Source: a virus (Duplodnaviria > Caudoviricetes). Taken from it: a stretch of DNA of 64,000 bases. Positions 37,031 to 47,305 of this stretch are shown in pieces (position 1 is the first letter of the stretch; the number at the start of each line of letters is the position of its first letter). The position numbers and the translations under genes are program-made. The notes beneath the pieces are model-generated. The model saw only the letters and a list, made by a program, of their open reading frames with translations. It did not search any database and had not been told where the DNA came from. The stretch covers positions 7,170-71,169 of the IMG/VR virus record IMGVR_UViG_3300003465_000004; one strand, 5' to 3'.

Positions 37031-38311
37031 ATGCCTATCACAGCCCTTCAACAAACCGATACGTTCCGAACATGGTATAATCGGACGAATGAAATTATCG
37101 ACCAGTTGAACACGAAGGTACTCAGCGACAACGCAACCGTGAACGGAGTGTTCACGATTGGCACTGGGTCCCTGTCCGTCGCAAACCTCTTTTCGGTCAA
37201 CACGACAAGCATCGTGCTGAAGGGCACGACTGTCCTTTCGTCTAACGTGACGATTAACAGTTCTGCGAACATTGTTAATATTGCCGCTGGGTCCTTGTTG
37301 ATTAACGCAAATACCGTTGTCAACAATCCTCTAACAGTCAATGCGGCGCTAGCCATTACAGGAAACACTAACGCTGTTGGCAGCTTGACTCGCACCGGTG
37401 ACGAGTCTATTACAGGAAACGTTGCGGTTACTGGCGGAGTCTCCGTCGCCAATGGAGCACTCACGATTCGCAACGTTACCTTCGGTTCTCCAAGTTCGAC
37501 ACTTTCCCCGGCACCACTCACGAACCCGTCCTACAACGATTATAATCCAGCAGGACTTACAGAATGCCAGTTGCTCGCGCTCACACCAAACATTGATACT
37601 GTCATCACAGGTATTCAAGCGCCAAGCATTGTGGGAAGCCGGATGCTGTTCATTCAAAATATGAGCGGCACGTATAAAATTACGTTCCCGTCTGGAAATA
37701 CAGCGTCCGCGGCATCGAACCGGTTCAAGACTCCAAGTGACAATCCAATTGATTTGCCGCCGGGAGCACTCATGGTGGCGCTCTGGTCGTCAACAGCCAG
37801 CCAGTGGCGACTCCTGAACCCGTCCGTGTCGCTTTTCAATTCAACGCTGACCGGAAATACAGTTATTGCCGGACCACTCACCGTCAATAGTGGTGCGACT
37901 TTTGCGACAGCGAACGTCAGTTTTGGGTCAGCACTGTATATCGATTTCATCAACAGTCGCGTTGGTGTAAAAATTTCCAACCCTGCATACGACTTTCAGG
38001 TATCCGGAAACTCATACTTTGGTGTCACGACTATTGCCGGCGCCACGACACTTTCGGCTCCCATTACGGCAACAGCCAACGCATCACTTGGAAATGGTGC
38101 GTTGTCACTGAATGCAACAGGAAACACGGCAACGTTTGCGAATACGATTACTGCAAACGGCAGTTCACAGTCATACGTTCGTAGTCTCAAGTCCACGTCA
38201 TTTGTTGTGGATGATACCACCACAACTGCTAATTTAACGGCAACAGCTAAAGCCACCCTATCTGGAACACTCGTTATCCCGGTAGGCGCGAATAAGTGGG
38301 CAACGGCATAA
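37031..38311 (+). CDS. Fibre-like virion structural protein
   Basis: TDTFRTWYNRTNEII N-terminus, Thr/Asn/Gly-rich beta repeats; CTAAATA at 37017-37023. Confidence 0.75.
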   Translation: MPITALQQTDTFRTWYNRTNEIIDQLNTKVLSDNATVNGVFTIGTGSLSVANLFSVNTTSIVLKGTTVLSSNVTINSSANIVNIAAGSLLINANTVVNNPLTVNAALAITGNTNAVGSLTRTGDESITGNVAVTGGVSVANGALTIRNVTFGSPSSTLSPAPLTNPSYNDYNPAGLTECQLLALTPNIDTVITGIQAPSIVGSRMLFIQNMSGTYKITFPSGNTASAASNRFKTPSDNPIDLPPGALMVALWSSTASQWRLLNPSVSLFNSTLTGNTVIAGPLTVNSGATFATANVSFGSALYIDFINSRVGVKISNPAYDFQVSGNSYFGVTTIAGATTLSAPITATANASLGNGALSLNATGNTATFANTITANGSSQSYVRSLKSTSFVVDDTTTTANLTATAKATLSGTLVIPVGANKWATA

Positions 38312-39276
38312 TGGCTCTCCCAAACACACGCGAAGAGTTCAAAGCATACTGTTTACGAGCAATTGGTGCGCCTGTGCTGCAAATCAACGTAGACGACGCA
38401 CAGCTAGAGGACCGTATAGACGAAGCTATCTACCTTTACCAGCAGTTCCATATGGACGCGGTGATGAAGGACTATATTTCGTTTTTGGTGACAGCCAGCA
38501 CGATGCGATTTACAGGGGCGACTCCCGCGTTCCAAAACAACGAACCTTTGCGTGGCGCGACTTCTAACGCGACCGGTGACGTATATAAGACAGTCTCCGC
38601 AAACACAATTGAATTCGTCGGAGCCTCCAAGAATATCATGTTCGTGCCGGGAGAAACGGTGACCGGTCAATGGAGCGGAGCGACCGGAACCATCGCAGCA
38701 AACGGCATCGTTTTGGGCGCCGTGGATAACGAATATTTTACATTGCCGGACGAGGTTATCAGCGTCACTAGAGTCTTCCCCCCGTTTGATTCACGCATGT
38801 CGGCCGACATTCTCTTTGACCCACAAAACCAGTTTAATATTTCCTTGCTGTCAAGTTTCACCACGAACAGCATTGTTCCATACGTTATAGGACGGCAATA
38901 TCAGCAGCTAATCAATGACACATTCCGCGGCCGGCCGCTAATGCGGTTTGAGCGGCACATGAATCGGATACATATTGACGTGGACTGGAAAACCGTATTC
39001 CGGCCGGGTGCATATCTGGTCATTGAAGCCTACCGTGCTATTGACCCCACTGTATATGGGGAGGTTTGGACCGACAGATGGCTACAGCGGTATACCATTG
39101 CACTTTTCAAACGTCAATGGGGGATGAATCTTTCAAAGTATAACGGCATCGCATTACCGGGTGGTGTCACATTGGATGGCAAAACAATGTTCGCTGATGC
39201 TGAAACAGAAATTCAAAAATTGGAAGAAGAACTTCGTACCACATACGAACTCCCAATTATTTTCACAATTGGATAG
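38311..39276 (+). CDS. 13: Neck protein gp13
   Basis: REEFKAYCLRAIGAPVLQINVDDAQLEDRIDEA; KRQWGMNLSKY.G..LPGGVTLDG. Confidence 0.96.
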   Translation: MALPNTREEFKAYCLRAIGAPVLQINVDDAQLEDRIDEAIYLYQQFHMDAVMKDYISFLVTASTMRFTGATPAFQNNEPLRGATSNATGDVYKTVSANTIEFVGASKNIMFVPGETVTGQWSGATGTIAANGIVLGAVDNEYFTLPDEVISVTRVFPPFDSRMSADILFDPQNQFNISLLSSFTTNSIVPYVIGRQYQQLINDTFRGRPLMRFERHMNRIHIDVDWKTVFRPGAYLVIEAYRAIDPTVYGEVWTDRWLQRYTIALFKRQWGMNLSKYNGIALPGGVTLDGKTMFADAETEIQKLEEELRTTYELPIIFTIG

Positions 39277-39335
39277 TCGCTCCTAAGGTCTTTAGGGTGG
39301 CTGCTGACGAACACCAAATTCTAGCATAGAAATCA

Positions 39336-40202
39336 ATGCCCGTCAACCCTTATTTCAACCAAACTACGTGGGCAGCAGAACAGAATCTCGTTGAAGATTT
39401 GATTATTGAAGCTATTGCTATCTACGGGCATGAGGTGTATTACCTCAAACGGGACGACGTAGACATTGATACTTTGTTGGGCGAAGACACACTCGCAAAG
39501 TTCACCACTGCGGTGAACATCGAAATGTATATCAAGACGGTAGAATCATTCCAAGGACAGTCAGAATTCATGAGTAAGTTTGGTCTCCAAATTGAAGACC
39601 AAGCGACGTTTGTGGTAGCTGCCCGGCGCTTTAATCAAACCATCGTTCCTGCAACTGGATTGTTGCGCCCCCGCGAAGGCGACTTGATTTATATTCAGAT
39701 GACTCCGAATAATCGGTATATCTTCGAAATCCGATTTGTGGAAAACAAAGAACAACTGTTCCAGTTGGGAAATCTCTATACATATGAGCTACGTTGCGAA
39801 ATGATGAATTACGCACACGAACGAGTATCGACGGGCATGCCCGAAATTGACGCGGTCGCGGACACCCAAGCATTCACGGTGGAAATTGCTTTGGGACCGG
39901 GTAACGGAACGTTCCTAGCAGACGAACTGGTGTATCAAGGAGATTCGTTCGTCACGGCGGCAGCGACCGCAAGTGTCTACGAGCACAATACCACAACCAA
40001 CACACTATTGGTGCAGAACGTTACTGGCGCATTTAATAATACCGGAATGATTGTTGGAATGACCAGCAGCGCATCGTATCTCCCTGCTGGTAACACACCG
40101 AGCACGGCACCGAATGACCCAGTTAGCGACAATGACATTCTGGAAACGGAATCCACCGGTGTTGTTGTTAACCGTGGAACAAACCCACTAATTACCGGCT
40201 AA
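39336..40202 (+). CDS. 14: Neck protein gp14
   Basis: NPYF..EQNLVEDLIIEAI.IYG..VYYL.R, FMSKFG, RPREGDLIY, FQLGNLYTYELRCE. Confidence 0.96.
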   Translation: MPVNPYFNQTTWAAEQNLVEDLIIEAIAIYGHEVYYLKRDDVDIDTLLGEDTLAKFTTAVNIEMYIKTVESFQGQSEFMSKFGLQIEDQATFVVAARRFNQTIVPATGLLRPREGDLIYIQMTPNNRYIFEIRFVENKEQLFQLGNLYTYELRCEMMNYAHERVSTGMPEIDAVADTQAFTVEIALGPGNGTFLADELVYQGDSFVTAAATASVYEHNTTTNTLLVQNVTGAFNNTGMIVGMTSSASYLPAGNTPSTAPNDPVSDNDILETESTGVVVNRGTNPLITG

Positions 40203-40203
40203 C

Positions 40204-41076
40204 ATGTTCAGTCATTTTAAGCACAACTTATTTCGCCGCTACATAATCGCATTCGGTGCTCTTTTCAACAACATCGTTGTTGTGCGTGATGCCGCTTCTG
40301 GAACTGAAGTGCAGCGAATAACTGTGCCTTTGGATTACGCTCCCAAAGAACGTTGGTTGGTGCGCCTCCTGCAAGACCCTGAATTGAAAAAGGGAGTGGC
40401 ACAGGTGCTTCCGCGGCTGGCATTTGAAATGACTGCCATCTCATATGATTCAAGCCGTAAGCTGAATACACTGGACCAACTATCGTTCATCACAACGGAA
40501 CAGCGCAGACTCGCTCGGCTGTATGTTGGTGTTCCTTATGCGCTTGGGTTTTCGCTTCATGCGCTGGTCAAAACGCAGGAAGATGGATTTCAAATTACAG
40601 AACAAATTCTTCCCTACTTCACCCCCGATTATACATTCGCAATGCAGGTTGTGGACGAACTGTCTCTCACTGAACCGATTCCTTTGACCCTGAACGGCGT
40701 CACATCTTCAGACAATTACGAAGGAGATTTTGAGCACCGTCGAGCGATTATCTGGACATTTGATTTTAGCATGAAAGTCTATTTCTATGGACCAGTGCGC
40801 CGACAGACACCTGTGGAACGGGTCATCATCGATATCTACAATTCTCCATTGAATGACTTGCTCAACCCGCCGGTCCATCTGCGCCTAGAATCCCCGAATG
40901 ATAATTACCTATTGACAGAAGACGGCAGCGGCCATCTGGTCGATGAATCTACCGCAAATGCCTATCTCACGACCGGTCGCGTAGCACGAATCGAAGCGAC
41001 AGAGACACAAACAACTATCACAGAAGATGATGGTGACGTAAAGCGCACAGACACGCTAACGGATGAATCACTTTAA
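40204..41076 (+). CDS. 15: Tail sheath stabiliser/terminator gp15
   Basis: FGALFNNI, VPLDYAPKE, LPRLAFE, QITEQILPYFTP, SDNYEGDF..RR.IIWT..F.MK. Confidence 0.96.
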   Translation: MFSHFKHNLFRRYIIAFGALFNNIVVVRDAASGTEVQRITVPLDYAPKERWLVRLLQDPELKKGVAQVLPRLAFEMTAISYDSSRKLNTLDQLSFITTEQRRLARLYVGVPYALGFSLHALVKTQEDGFQITEQILPYFTPDYTFAMQVVDELSLTEPIPLTLNGVTSSDNYEGDFEHRRAIIWTFDFSMKVYFYGPVRRQTPVERVIIDIYNSPLNDLLNPPVHLRLESPNDNYLLTEDGSGHLVDESTANAYLTTGRVARIEATETQTTITEDDGDVKRTDTLTDESL

Positions 41077-41561
41077 TGGCTAACGAAACCCTGAACGATA
41101 TTCTGGATATTGCCGAAGAACTCCAAACTCCGGTAAAAGAAGAACAAGCACTCGTTCCCGCCGAGTCAGTAGACGGCGAAATCGTTGCGGCAAATCCCGC
41201 CCCGGTCGCAGAGTCCGCAGAGAACCAGAATCTTGAACAAGATTTCGAATACGGGCGCATCCAGCTAAAAAATATCATAGAACTAGGACAGGATGCCGCC
41301 GAACAGGCCTTAGCCCTTGCGAAAACAGGCGATTCCGCAAAGCCATATGAAGCAGTCGCCACACTGATTCAGGCGACAGTGAACGCCAGTAAGGAACTCA
41401 TCGAACTCCATCGCACACGAAGAGATACACGAGAAATCAACGCTCCCGCAACTTCAGATACACCCGGGACCAGTGTCACAAACATCGATAAAGCAGTATT
41501 CGTTGGTAGGGCGTCTGACCTTCTCCGCGAACTAAATGCACTCAAAAAACAAATAGAATAA
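41076..41561 (+). CDS. 16: Terminase small subunit gp16
   Basis: DFEYGRIQL, A.PYEAVATLI, AVFVG..SDL. Confidence 0.9.
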   Translation: MANETLNDILDIAEELQTPVKEEQALVPAESVDGEIVAANPAPVAESAENQNLEQDFEYGRIQLKNIIELGQDAAEQALALAKTGDSAKPYEAVATLIQATVNASKELIELHRTRRDTREINAPATSDTPGTSVTNIDKAVFVGRASDLLRELNALKKQIE

Positions 41562-41576
41562 ATCGTCGGCCGCGCG

Positions 41577-41613
41577 AAAACGAGCCGAACTCCCCGTTTG
41601 GCTCGTTTATTTT
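41577..41613 (+). terminator. Hairpin plus T-tract between gp16 and gp17
   Basis: AAACGAGCCGAAC-TCCCC-GTTTGGCTCGTTT then ATTTTT. Confidence 0.6.
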
Positions 41614-41627
41614 TCAGGAATTCCGAC

Positions 41628-42569
41628 ATGCCTCGTAAAATGCCAAACGCCTCGGGCGGGTATAACGCAAACCCCAATCTTCCCTTGCCCGAAGAGCAAA
41701 TTGCTCTTAATGCGACTGAGTTTCAAGAATATGTAAAGTGTGCGGGAGACCCAATCCACTTCATTACAAATCACGTCAAGATTGTCCACGTCGACCACGG
41801 TATCGTGAAATTTGATTTGTGGGATTTCCAAAAGGAAATCATCAAGACACTGGAAAACAATCGCTACGTCATTGCAAAACTTCCACGGCAGAGCGGAAAA
41901 TCCACAGTTATCATCTGCGGATACTTCCTGTGGTACATTCTCTTTCACACGGAAGTCAGCGTCGGTATCCTGGCAAACAAAGAAGAAACCGCAATTCAGT
42001 TACTTGACCGCCTCAAGCAGTCGTTTGAATTACTTCCGCGTTTCCTCAAGCAAGGTGTGGTGAAGTGGGACCAGAAAGTCATCAAACTGGCGAACAACGC
42101 ACGTGTGCGTGCGGCTGCTACGTCTGCATCTGCTATCCGAGGTGACACCTTCAACATCCTGTTCCTTGACGAATTTGCATTCGTTGACGAGAACATTGCA
42201 CTGAACTTCATGACCTCGGTGTATCCGGCAATTTCATCTGGTAAGAGCACCAAAATGTTCATTGTGTCTACGCCGAACGGATACAACCTATTCTACAAAA
42301 TCTGGAACGACGCGATTCACAAGAAGAACGACTTCGCGACACTTGGCTATACCTGGCGTGACGTGCCGGGACGTGACGAAGCATGGGCGACAGAGACGCG
42401 ACGGAACATGGGGTCCGAACAGAAATTCCAGCAGGAATTTGAAAGTTGTGTCTACTCCACGATGTTAACCATCCGTAACAAAATTACAGGACAGGTAGAA
42501 ACTCTCCCCATAGGTGAACTTTATGACCGATTACTTCCCGGTTACTCAAATTTGAATGTTGCCAGATAG
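41628..42569 (+). CDS. 17: Terminase large subunit gp17, N-terminal part fused to a 41-aa N-intein
   Basis: PRQSGKST Walker A, LDEFAF Walker B, STPNG; ends FQQEFE then SCVYSTML...IGELYDRL. Confidence 0.95.
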   Translation: MPRKMPNASGGYNANPNLPLPEEQIALNATEFQEYVKCAGDPIHFITNHVKIVHVDHGIVKFDLWDFQKEIIKTLENNRYVIAKLPRQSGKSTVIICGYFLWYILFHTEVSVGILANKEETAIQLLDRLKQSFELLPRFLKQGVVKWDQKVIKLANNARVRAAATSASAIRGDTFNILFLDEFAFVDENIALNFMTSVYPAISSGKSTKMFIVSTPNGYNLFYKIWNDAIHKKNDFATLGYTWRDVPGRDEAWATETRRNMGSEQKFQQEFESCVYSTMLTIRNKITGQVETLPIGELYDRLLPGYSNLNVAR

Positions 42570-42577
42570 GTCTTGGT

Positions 42578-42943
42578 ATGAGATACATAGTATACATTCT
42601 TACGCGCGACGACGGTAAGCAATATATTGGCACCACTATTGACTATCGCTATAAGAACCGAATGTGTCAACATCGATGTTCGAAGCGGTTTGATGGCCAT
42701 TCATTCACACACAACGTTCTTGTTGAGAGTAAGGATGTAAGCGAGGTATTGCGTCGGGAAGCGGAACTCATTCACCAATACAATACGATGTTCCCCGCTG
42801 GGCTGAATCTCACCTGGAGTGGAAAGGGAAAACATCACAATTCGTCTAAGTTTACTACCCGGGGCTATAAGTTTAGTGATGAAAGCCGAAAGAAAAGGAC
42901 TGCGAAATGTGCTTCGTTCGCAACACTGTCTATGAAATCTTAA
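42578..42943 (+). CDS. GIY-YIG endonuclease between the split-intein halves
   Basis: YIVYIL....KQYIGTT..R..QH..E..LI..YNT...GLN; only the start of a NUMOD3-like repeat (GYKFSDESRKK). Confidence 0.82.
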   Translation: MRYIVYILTRDDGKQYIGTTIDYRYKNRMCQHRCSKRFDGHSFTHNVLVESKDVSEVLRREAELIHQYNTMFPAGLNLTWSGKGKHHNSSKFTTRGYKFSDESRKKRTAKCASFATLSMKS

Positions 42944-44154
42944 CGCCTGATGGGTTCAAGTCATTCGATGGACTGAACGCCATTCTCGGTCATACCCTGC
43001 GTGTGTTTGCTGGTTCTCGCCTCCTGCTGGAAGCCTCAACAAAACATCGTATTCTCACAAACACTGGTTTCAAAACTCTCGCAGAACTTCGCACCGGCGA
43101 TATTGTATTAACAAAGCAAGGAACCACCATCGTCACGCGCATTGAAGATGGTTCCGAATATGCACTCTATGACCCCATCAATGTCGCACACCCAGAGCAA
43201 GCGTTCTATACCGGTGATGTAGTCTCACATAACTGCGACTTCATGGGGTCAGCGAACACGCTGGTAGCTCCGTGGAAACTTGCTCAGTTGTCTTACGTTG
43301 ACCCAATTGAAGTGCGGGATAAGCTGCTAATCTACAAGAAGCCAATTCATCGTGGTGCTGTAGACAACGACGGAAACGAACTGGAACCACACGTCTATAT
43401 CATCCTTGTAGATATCGCACAAGGACAGGAGCAGGACGATACCGTGCTTCAGGTGATTGACATCACCCAGAATCCCTTCGAACAAGTCGCTATCTATCGA
43501 AACAACCTCATCAAGCCGATGCAATTGCCGCCCGTTATTCGCGACCTCGGTCGTTGGTATAACAGCGCATTTGTGCTCATCGAAATCAACGGCGAAGGAC
43601 TGCCGGTTGCGGACACACTCGGTTTGGAAATGGAATATGAAGGCCTCATCCAAATCTATCCGCACCCGAAAAAAGGTCAGATGTTGTCCAGCGGATTCAA
43701 TCCAAAGGCCCGTCTCGGTCTCAAGATGACAGAAGCGACGAAACGCATCGGCTGCACGGGCCTCAAGTCACTTATTGAAAACGACAAACTGTTCATTCGC
43801 GACTATGAAACGATGCGGCAGTTGACTACATTTGTCGCCAAGGTTCCCAAGAACGGCAGTATGTCAAGGCCGCGCACGTACGAAGCGGAAGCAGGGAATC
43901 ACGACGATTGTATCACTCCGCTAGTCCTACTCGGTTGGCTCACACTTCAATCCGCGTTTGAAAATTATGTTGGACTCTCTATGCGGCAATTACTGACCGA
44001 AGGCCGCGAACCACTTTCTCTTGAACCTCCAGCACTCGGTATCATGGGTGATTTGGAACAACAACAAATTGTGGGTAAAGTTGCCGGTTACGATGTTGTG
44101 GACGACCCGTCATTCTGGCTCACGGATGAAGACAAATCCAATAACTGGTTATAG
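42907..44154 (+). CDS. 17: C-intein (109 aa) fused to the terminase gp17 nuclease domain
   Basis: ILTPDGFKSF, STKHRI, LYDPINV, DVVSHN then CDFMGSANTL; VDIAQG, FVLIEIN, HDDC. Confidence 0.95.
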   Translation: MCFVRNTVYEILTPDGFKSFDGLNAILGHTLRVFAGSRLLLEASTKHRILTNTGFKTLAELRTGDIVLTKQGTTIVTRIEDGSEYALYDPINVAHPEQAFYTGDVVSHNCDFMGSANTLVAPWKLAQLSYVDPIEVRDKLLIYKKPIHRGAVDNDGNELEPHVYIILVDIAQGQEQDDTVLQVIDITQNPFEQVAIYRNNLIKPMQLPPVIRDLGRWYNSAFVLIEINGEGLPVADTLGLEMEYEGLIQIYPHPKKGQMLSSGFNPKARLGLKMTEATKRIGCTGLKSLIENDKLFIRDYETMRQLTTFVAKVPKNGSMSRPRTYEAEAGNHDDCITPLVLLGWLTLQSAFENYVGLSMRQLLTEGREPLSLEPPALGIMGDLEQQQIVGKVAGYDVVDDPSFWLTDEDKSNNWL

Positions 44155-44244
44155 TAGATTCCTGAAAATCTAAATACGAATGTCCGCCGCTGTGTAGGCG
44201 GTGCATTTTCGATTTTCTCACTTCCGTGTCGAAGGAGACAGTTT

Positions 44245-46347
44245 ATGCCATTTCAGGTATCGCCGGGTATCAATGTATCCGAAGTAGATTTGACCGCCGG
44301 CGCGCAGCAGGTGTCTGTATCGGACGCTGGTTTTGTAGGAGCGTTCCAATGGGGCCCTGCGTTCGACGTTAAGTCAATCAGTTCAGAAGATGAACTAGTT
44401 CGGACATTTGGTAAGCCGGACGACACAAATTACGAACACTGGTTCAGCGCGTATGCATTTCTGGCATATTCGAACCTTCTTCGCGTTGTCCGTGCGCTCC
44501 CGTCGGTGGCACTAAACGCGACCGCCTCAGCAAAGACGCTACCGGGAAATGTTTCAGCGAACGGCGCAAACAACATTTGGGTGGGCGCAGGCGGCTTCGC
44601 GACGAACAACGCAATATACGCGGGTCAGCGCATTCTCATCGGAACATCTGTTTACACTGTCAGCACTGTCACCAACTCCATTTCGTTTACTACAACTGCT
44701 AATAGTGCAAACACAGTCACGGCAAACACCATTGGTGCATACGGAGTGCTCATTAAGAACGGAACGCACTATGAAGCAACCTATCCTAGCGGCACTTTGG
44801 GATACGGAGCATGGGCAGCGAAGTATGCTGGTGACCTAGGCAGCGCACTAAAAGTTAGCGTATGCACCAGCGCGGCCGCATTCTCGGCCGGAACGTTGAC
44901 AGGCGCTCTTGCTCTGACGACAGGGAGCAACACGGTTACTGGAACGGGAACGTCATTCGTCACCGAACTCATCGTTGGTGACAGCTTGACTGTAAACGGT
45001 GCAGTCATTGGTGTTGTGAGCGCAATTGCTAACGCAACGTCACTCTCACTTGCATCAGGGTCAACTGTAACCGCATCACCTGCATCGGGGCAGTGGGGTC
45101 GCAAGTGGGAATACGCATCACTTTTTGACCGTGCACCAGGCACCAGCGCATACGTCAGCCAACGTGGTGGTTCAAGCGATGAACTTCACGTCGTTGTTGT
45201 TGACCGCACAGGCGACTTCACGGGCGTGCCTGGAACCGTGCTTGAGCGGTATTCGTTCCTGTCAAAAGCATCAAATGCGAAGGACCCTAACGGCGAAAAG
45301 AACTACTACGTAACTGTGCTGAACCGCGACTCCAAGTATATCTGGTGGCTCGCCGCACCCACGTCATTGACGACCAATTGGGGTGGAGATGCAGCAAGTG
45401 CCTTCGGAGCATCTGCGCTTCCCGAAACGTCCTCTTTTGCCGGCGGCCTCGCAAATAACAGCACACTCGCTGATGCGGACCTTCAAGCAGGATGGGACCT
45501 GTATAAGAATCCGGACGCGGTCAGTATCTCACTGGCAATCTGCGGACCTGCATCTGCGACGTTGGCAAGTTACGTCATCCAGAACGTCTGCGAAGTGCGT
45601 AAGGATTCCGTAGCATTTGTTTCCCCGTCGAAGGCAAACGTCGTTAACAATGTGGGCAGCGAAGTGGCAGGTATCACCACATTCCGTAATAGCCTACCAT
45701 CAAGCAGCTACGCTTTCTGCGACAGTGGATGGAAGTATCTGTATGACAAATTCAACGACAAGTACCGTTGGGTACCTTTAAACGGTGATATTGCTGGTAT
45801 CGCGGCACGGTCAGACACACAGACCGACCCATGGTTCTCGCCGGCAGGATTCACGCGCGGAAACATCAAAAATGCTGTCAAACTAGCATGGAATCCGACC
45901 CAACTTCAACGTGACGACCTCTACAAGATTGGGGTCAACAGCGTTGTAAGTTTCCCAGGTCAGGGCGTTGTGCTCTATGGAGACAAGACCCTTTTGGATA
46001 GACCGAGTGCGTTTGACCGTATCAACGTGCGTCGTCTCTTCATCATTCTTGAAAAGACGATTGCTCGTCTCGCACGGACGCAGTTGTTTGAATTCAACGA
46101 CGAATTCACCCGCAGCCAGTTCCGCAACATCGTGGAACCGTACCTGCGCGACGTGAAGGCGCGCCGTGGAGTGCTCGATTACCGCGTAATTTGCGACGAA
46201 TCAAACAACCCGCCGGAAGTTGTGGAACAGAACAGCTTCGTCGGAGACATCTACATCAAGCCGTCGCGCAGCATCAACTTTATCCAACTCAATTTCGTCG
46301 CTGTGCGAAATGGAGTTAGCTTCCAAGAGGTAACGGGAGCCCTGTAA
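44245..46347 (+). CDS. 18: Tail sheath protein gp18
   Basis: FQVSPGINVSEVDLT, GAFQWGP, WFSPAG..RG, GDKT, AFDRINVRRLF; CTAAATA at 44170-44176. Confidence 0.98.
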   Translation: MPFQVSPGINVSEVDLTAGAQQVSVSDAGFVGAFQWGPAFDVKSISSEDELVRTFGKPDDTNYEHWFSAYAFLAYSNLLRVVRALPSVALNATASAKTLPGNVSANGANNIWVGAGGFATNNAIYAGQRILIGTSVYTVSTVTNSISFTTTANSANTVTANTIGAYGVLIKNGTHYEATYPSGTLGYGAWAAKYAGDLGSALKVSVCTSAAAFSAGTLTGALALTTGSNTVTGTGTSFVTELIVGDSLTVNGAVIGVVSAIANATSLSLASGSTVTASPASGQWGRKWEYASLFDRAPGTSAYVSQRGGSSDELHVVVVDRTGDFTGVPGTVLERYSFLSKASNAKDPNGEKNYYVTVLNRDSKYIWWLAAPTSLTTNWGGDAASAFGASALPETSSFAGGLANNSTLADADLQAGWDLYKNPDAVSISLAICGPASATLASYVIQNVCEVRKDSVAFVSPSKANVVNNVGSEVAGITTFRNSLPSSSYAFCDSGWKYLYDKFNDKYRWVPLNGDIAGIAARSDTQTDPWFSPAGFTRGNIKNAVKLAWNPTQLQRDDLYKIGVNSVVSFPGQGVVLYGDKTLLDRPSAFDRINVRRLFIILEKTIARLARTQLFEFNDEFTRSQFRNIVEPYLRDVKARRGVLDYRVICDESNNPPEVVEQNSFVGDIYIKPSRSINFIQLNFVAVRNGVSFQEVTGAL

Positions 46348-46351
46348 AGTC

Positions 46352-46480
46352 ATGATATGGCACCAACACCATATTGTTCCTAGATATATGGGCGGAACGA
46401 ACGACCCGAACAATCTAGTTCGGGGCAATCTTCCAATCTGCAAATGGGTTGAACTGCCGGCAGATGTAATAAAAATTTAG
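46352..46480 (+). pseudogene. Truncated HNH endonuclease remnant (family B)
   Basis: MIWHQHHIVPRYMGGTNDPNNLV parallels MTHRHHIIPKHMGGSDIPQNIV of 49085, then stops after 42 aa. Confidence 0.7.
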
Positions 46481-46558
46481 GGCGACCTGCCACGGGCACA
46501 TCACGTTTTGCTCTATGGCGTCACAAGGTAAAGGCTGCTCAGCAGCAAGGAGCATAAA

Positions 46559-47146
46559 ATGCCGTTTTCGGTTCAAGATTTCCGCAACAAACTCGCTAAA
46601 GGTGGAGCACGCCCGTCGCTATTTGAAATGCAGATTACGTGGCCAGACGCACTTCGCGGCGCGGTGAATGTGTCAACTGCGGAACGAGATTTCCGGTTTC
46701 TCTGCCAGATTTCTGAAATTCCTGCATCCACCGTTGGGAGTTTCCAAGTTCCCTACTTTGGACGCAAGTTGAACTTCGCTGGCGACCGTAAGTTCGAAGC
46801 ACTAACGGTTACTGTGCTGAATGACGAAGACTTCAAGGTTCGTAAAGCCCTTGAAGCGTGGTCAGCAGCCATAACGGGACATGTCACTGTCACGTCGCGC
46901 TTTGGAGGCGGAATCAACGCTGGCTCCTATGCAACGGATGGGATTGTGTATCAGTATGGACGCAACAACGGCGGAGAAATTCTCGCAGCTTACAAGTTTG
47001 TTGGAATGTGGCCCGAATCCATCAGCAACATCGGATTGGATTGGGAATCAACTGACCAGCTTGAAAAATTCCAAGTGGGCTTCCAGTATCAGTGGTGGAC
47101 GAGTGTTGACACCGTTTCTGGTTCTGAAATATCAGTAAACTTGTAA
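46559..47146 (+). CDS. 19: Tail tube protein gp19
   Basis: GGARPSLFE, VPYFGRKLNFAGDRKFE..TVTV.NDEDF..R.A.E.W, WPESISNI.LDW. Confidence 0.98.
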   Translation: MPFSVQDFRNKLAKGGARPSLFEMQITWPDALRGAVNVSTAERDFRFLCQISEIPASTVGSFQVPYFGRKLNFAGDRKFEALTVTVLNDEDFKVRKALEAWSAAITGHVTVTSRFGGGINAGSYATDGIVYQYGRNNGGEILAAYKFVGMWPESISNIGLDWESTDQLEKFQVGFQYQWWTSVDTVSGSEISVNL

Positions 47147-47152
47147 TACTGA

Positions 47153-47302
47153 TTTGGGCGACCACTACGGAAAGAAGAAACCGTGCACCATAAGAATGGA
47201 ATCTGTTCAGATAATCGTGACGTTACAACGAGTTTCGGACCTACAAAAAAATGGGCCGTTGAAATTCTTCACCTTTATGGGCCTCCCACACAGGATGTAT
47301 AG
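47153..47302 (+). pseudogene. Startless, internally deleted HNH remnant (family A)
   Basis: FGRPLRKEETVHHKNGICSDNR...KWAVEILHLY, directly after an in-frame TGA. Confidence 0.75.
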
Positions 47303-47305
47303 GTT

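Noticed and set aside
42567-42943. Stop-codon readthrough or genetic-code reassignment joining the gp17 halves
   Set aside because: Reading through the TAG hits TGA three codons later, the two halves are in different frames, and TAG, TGA and TAA all end conserved genes normally elsewhere.
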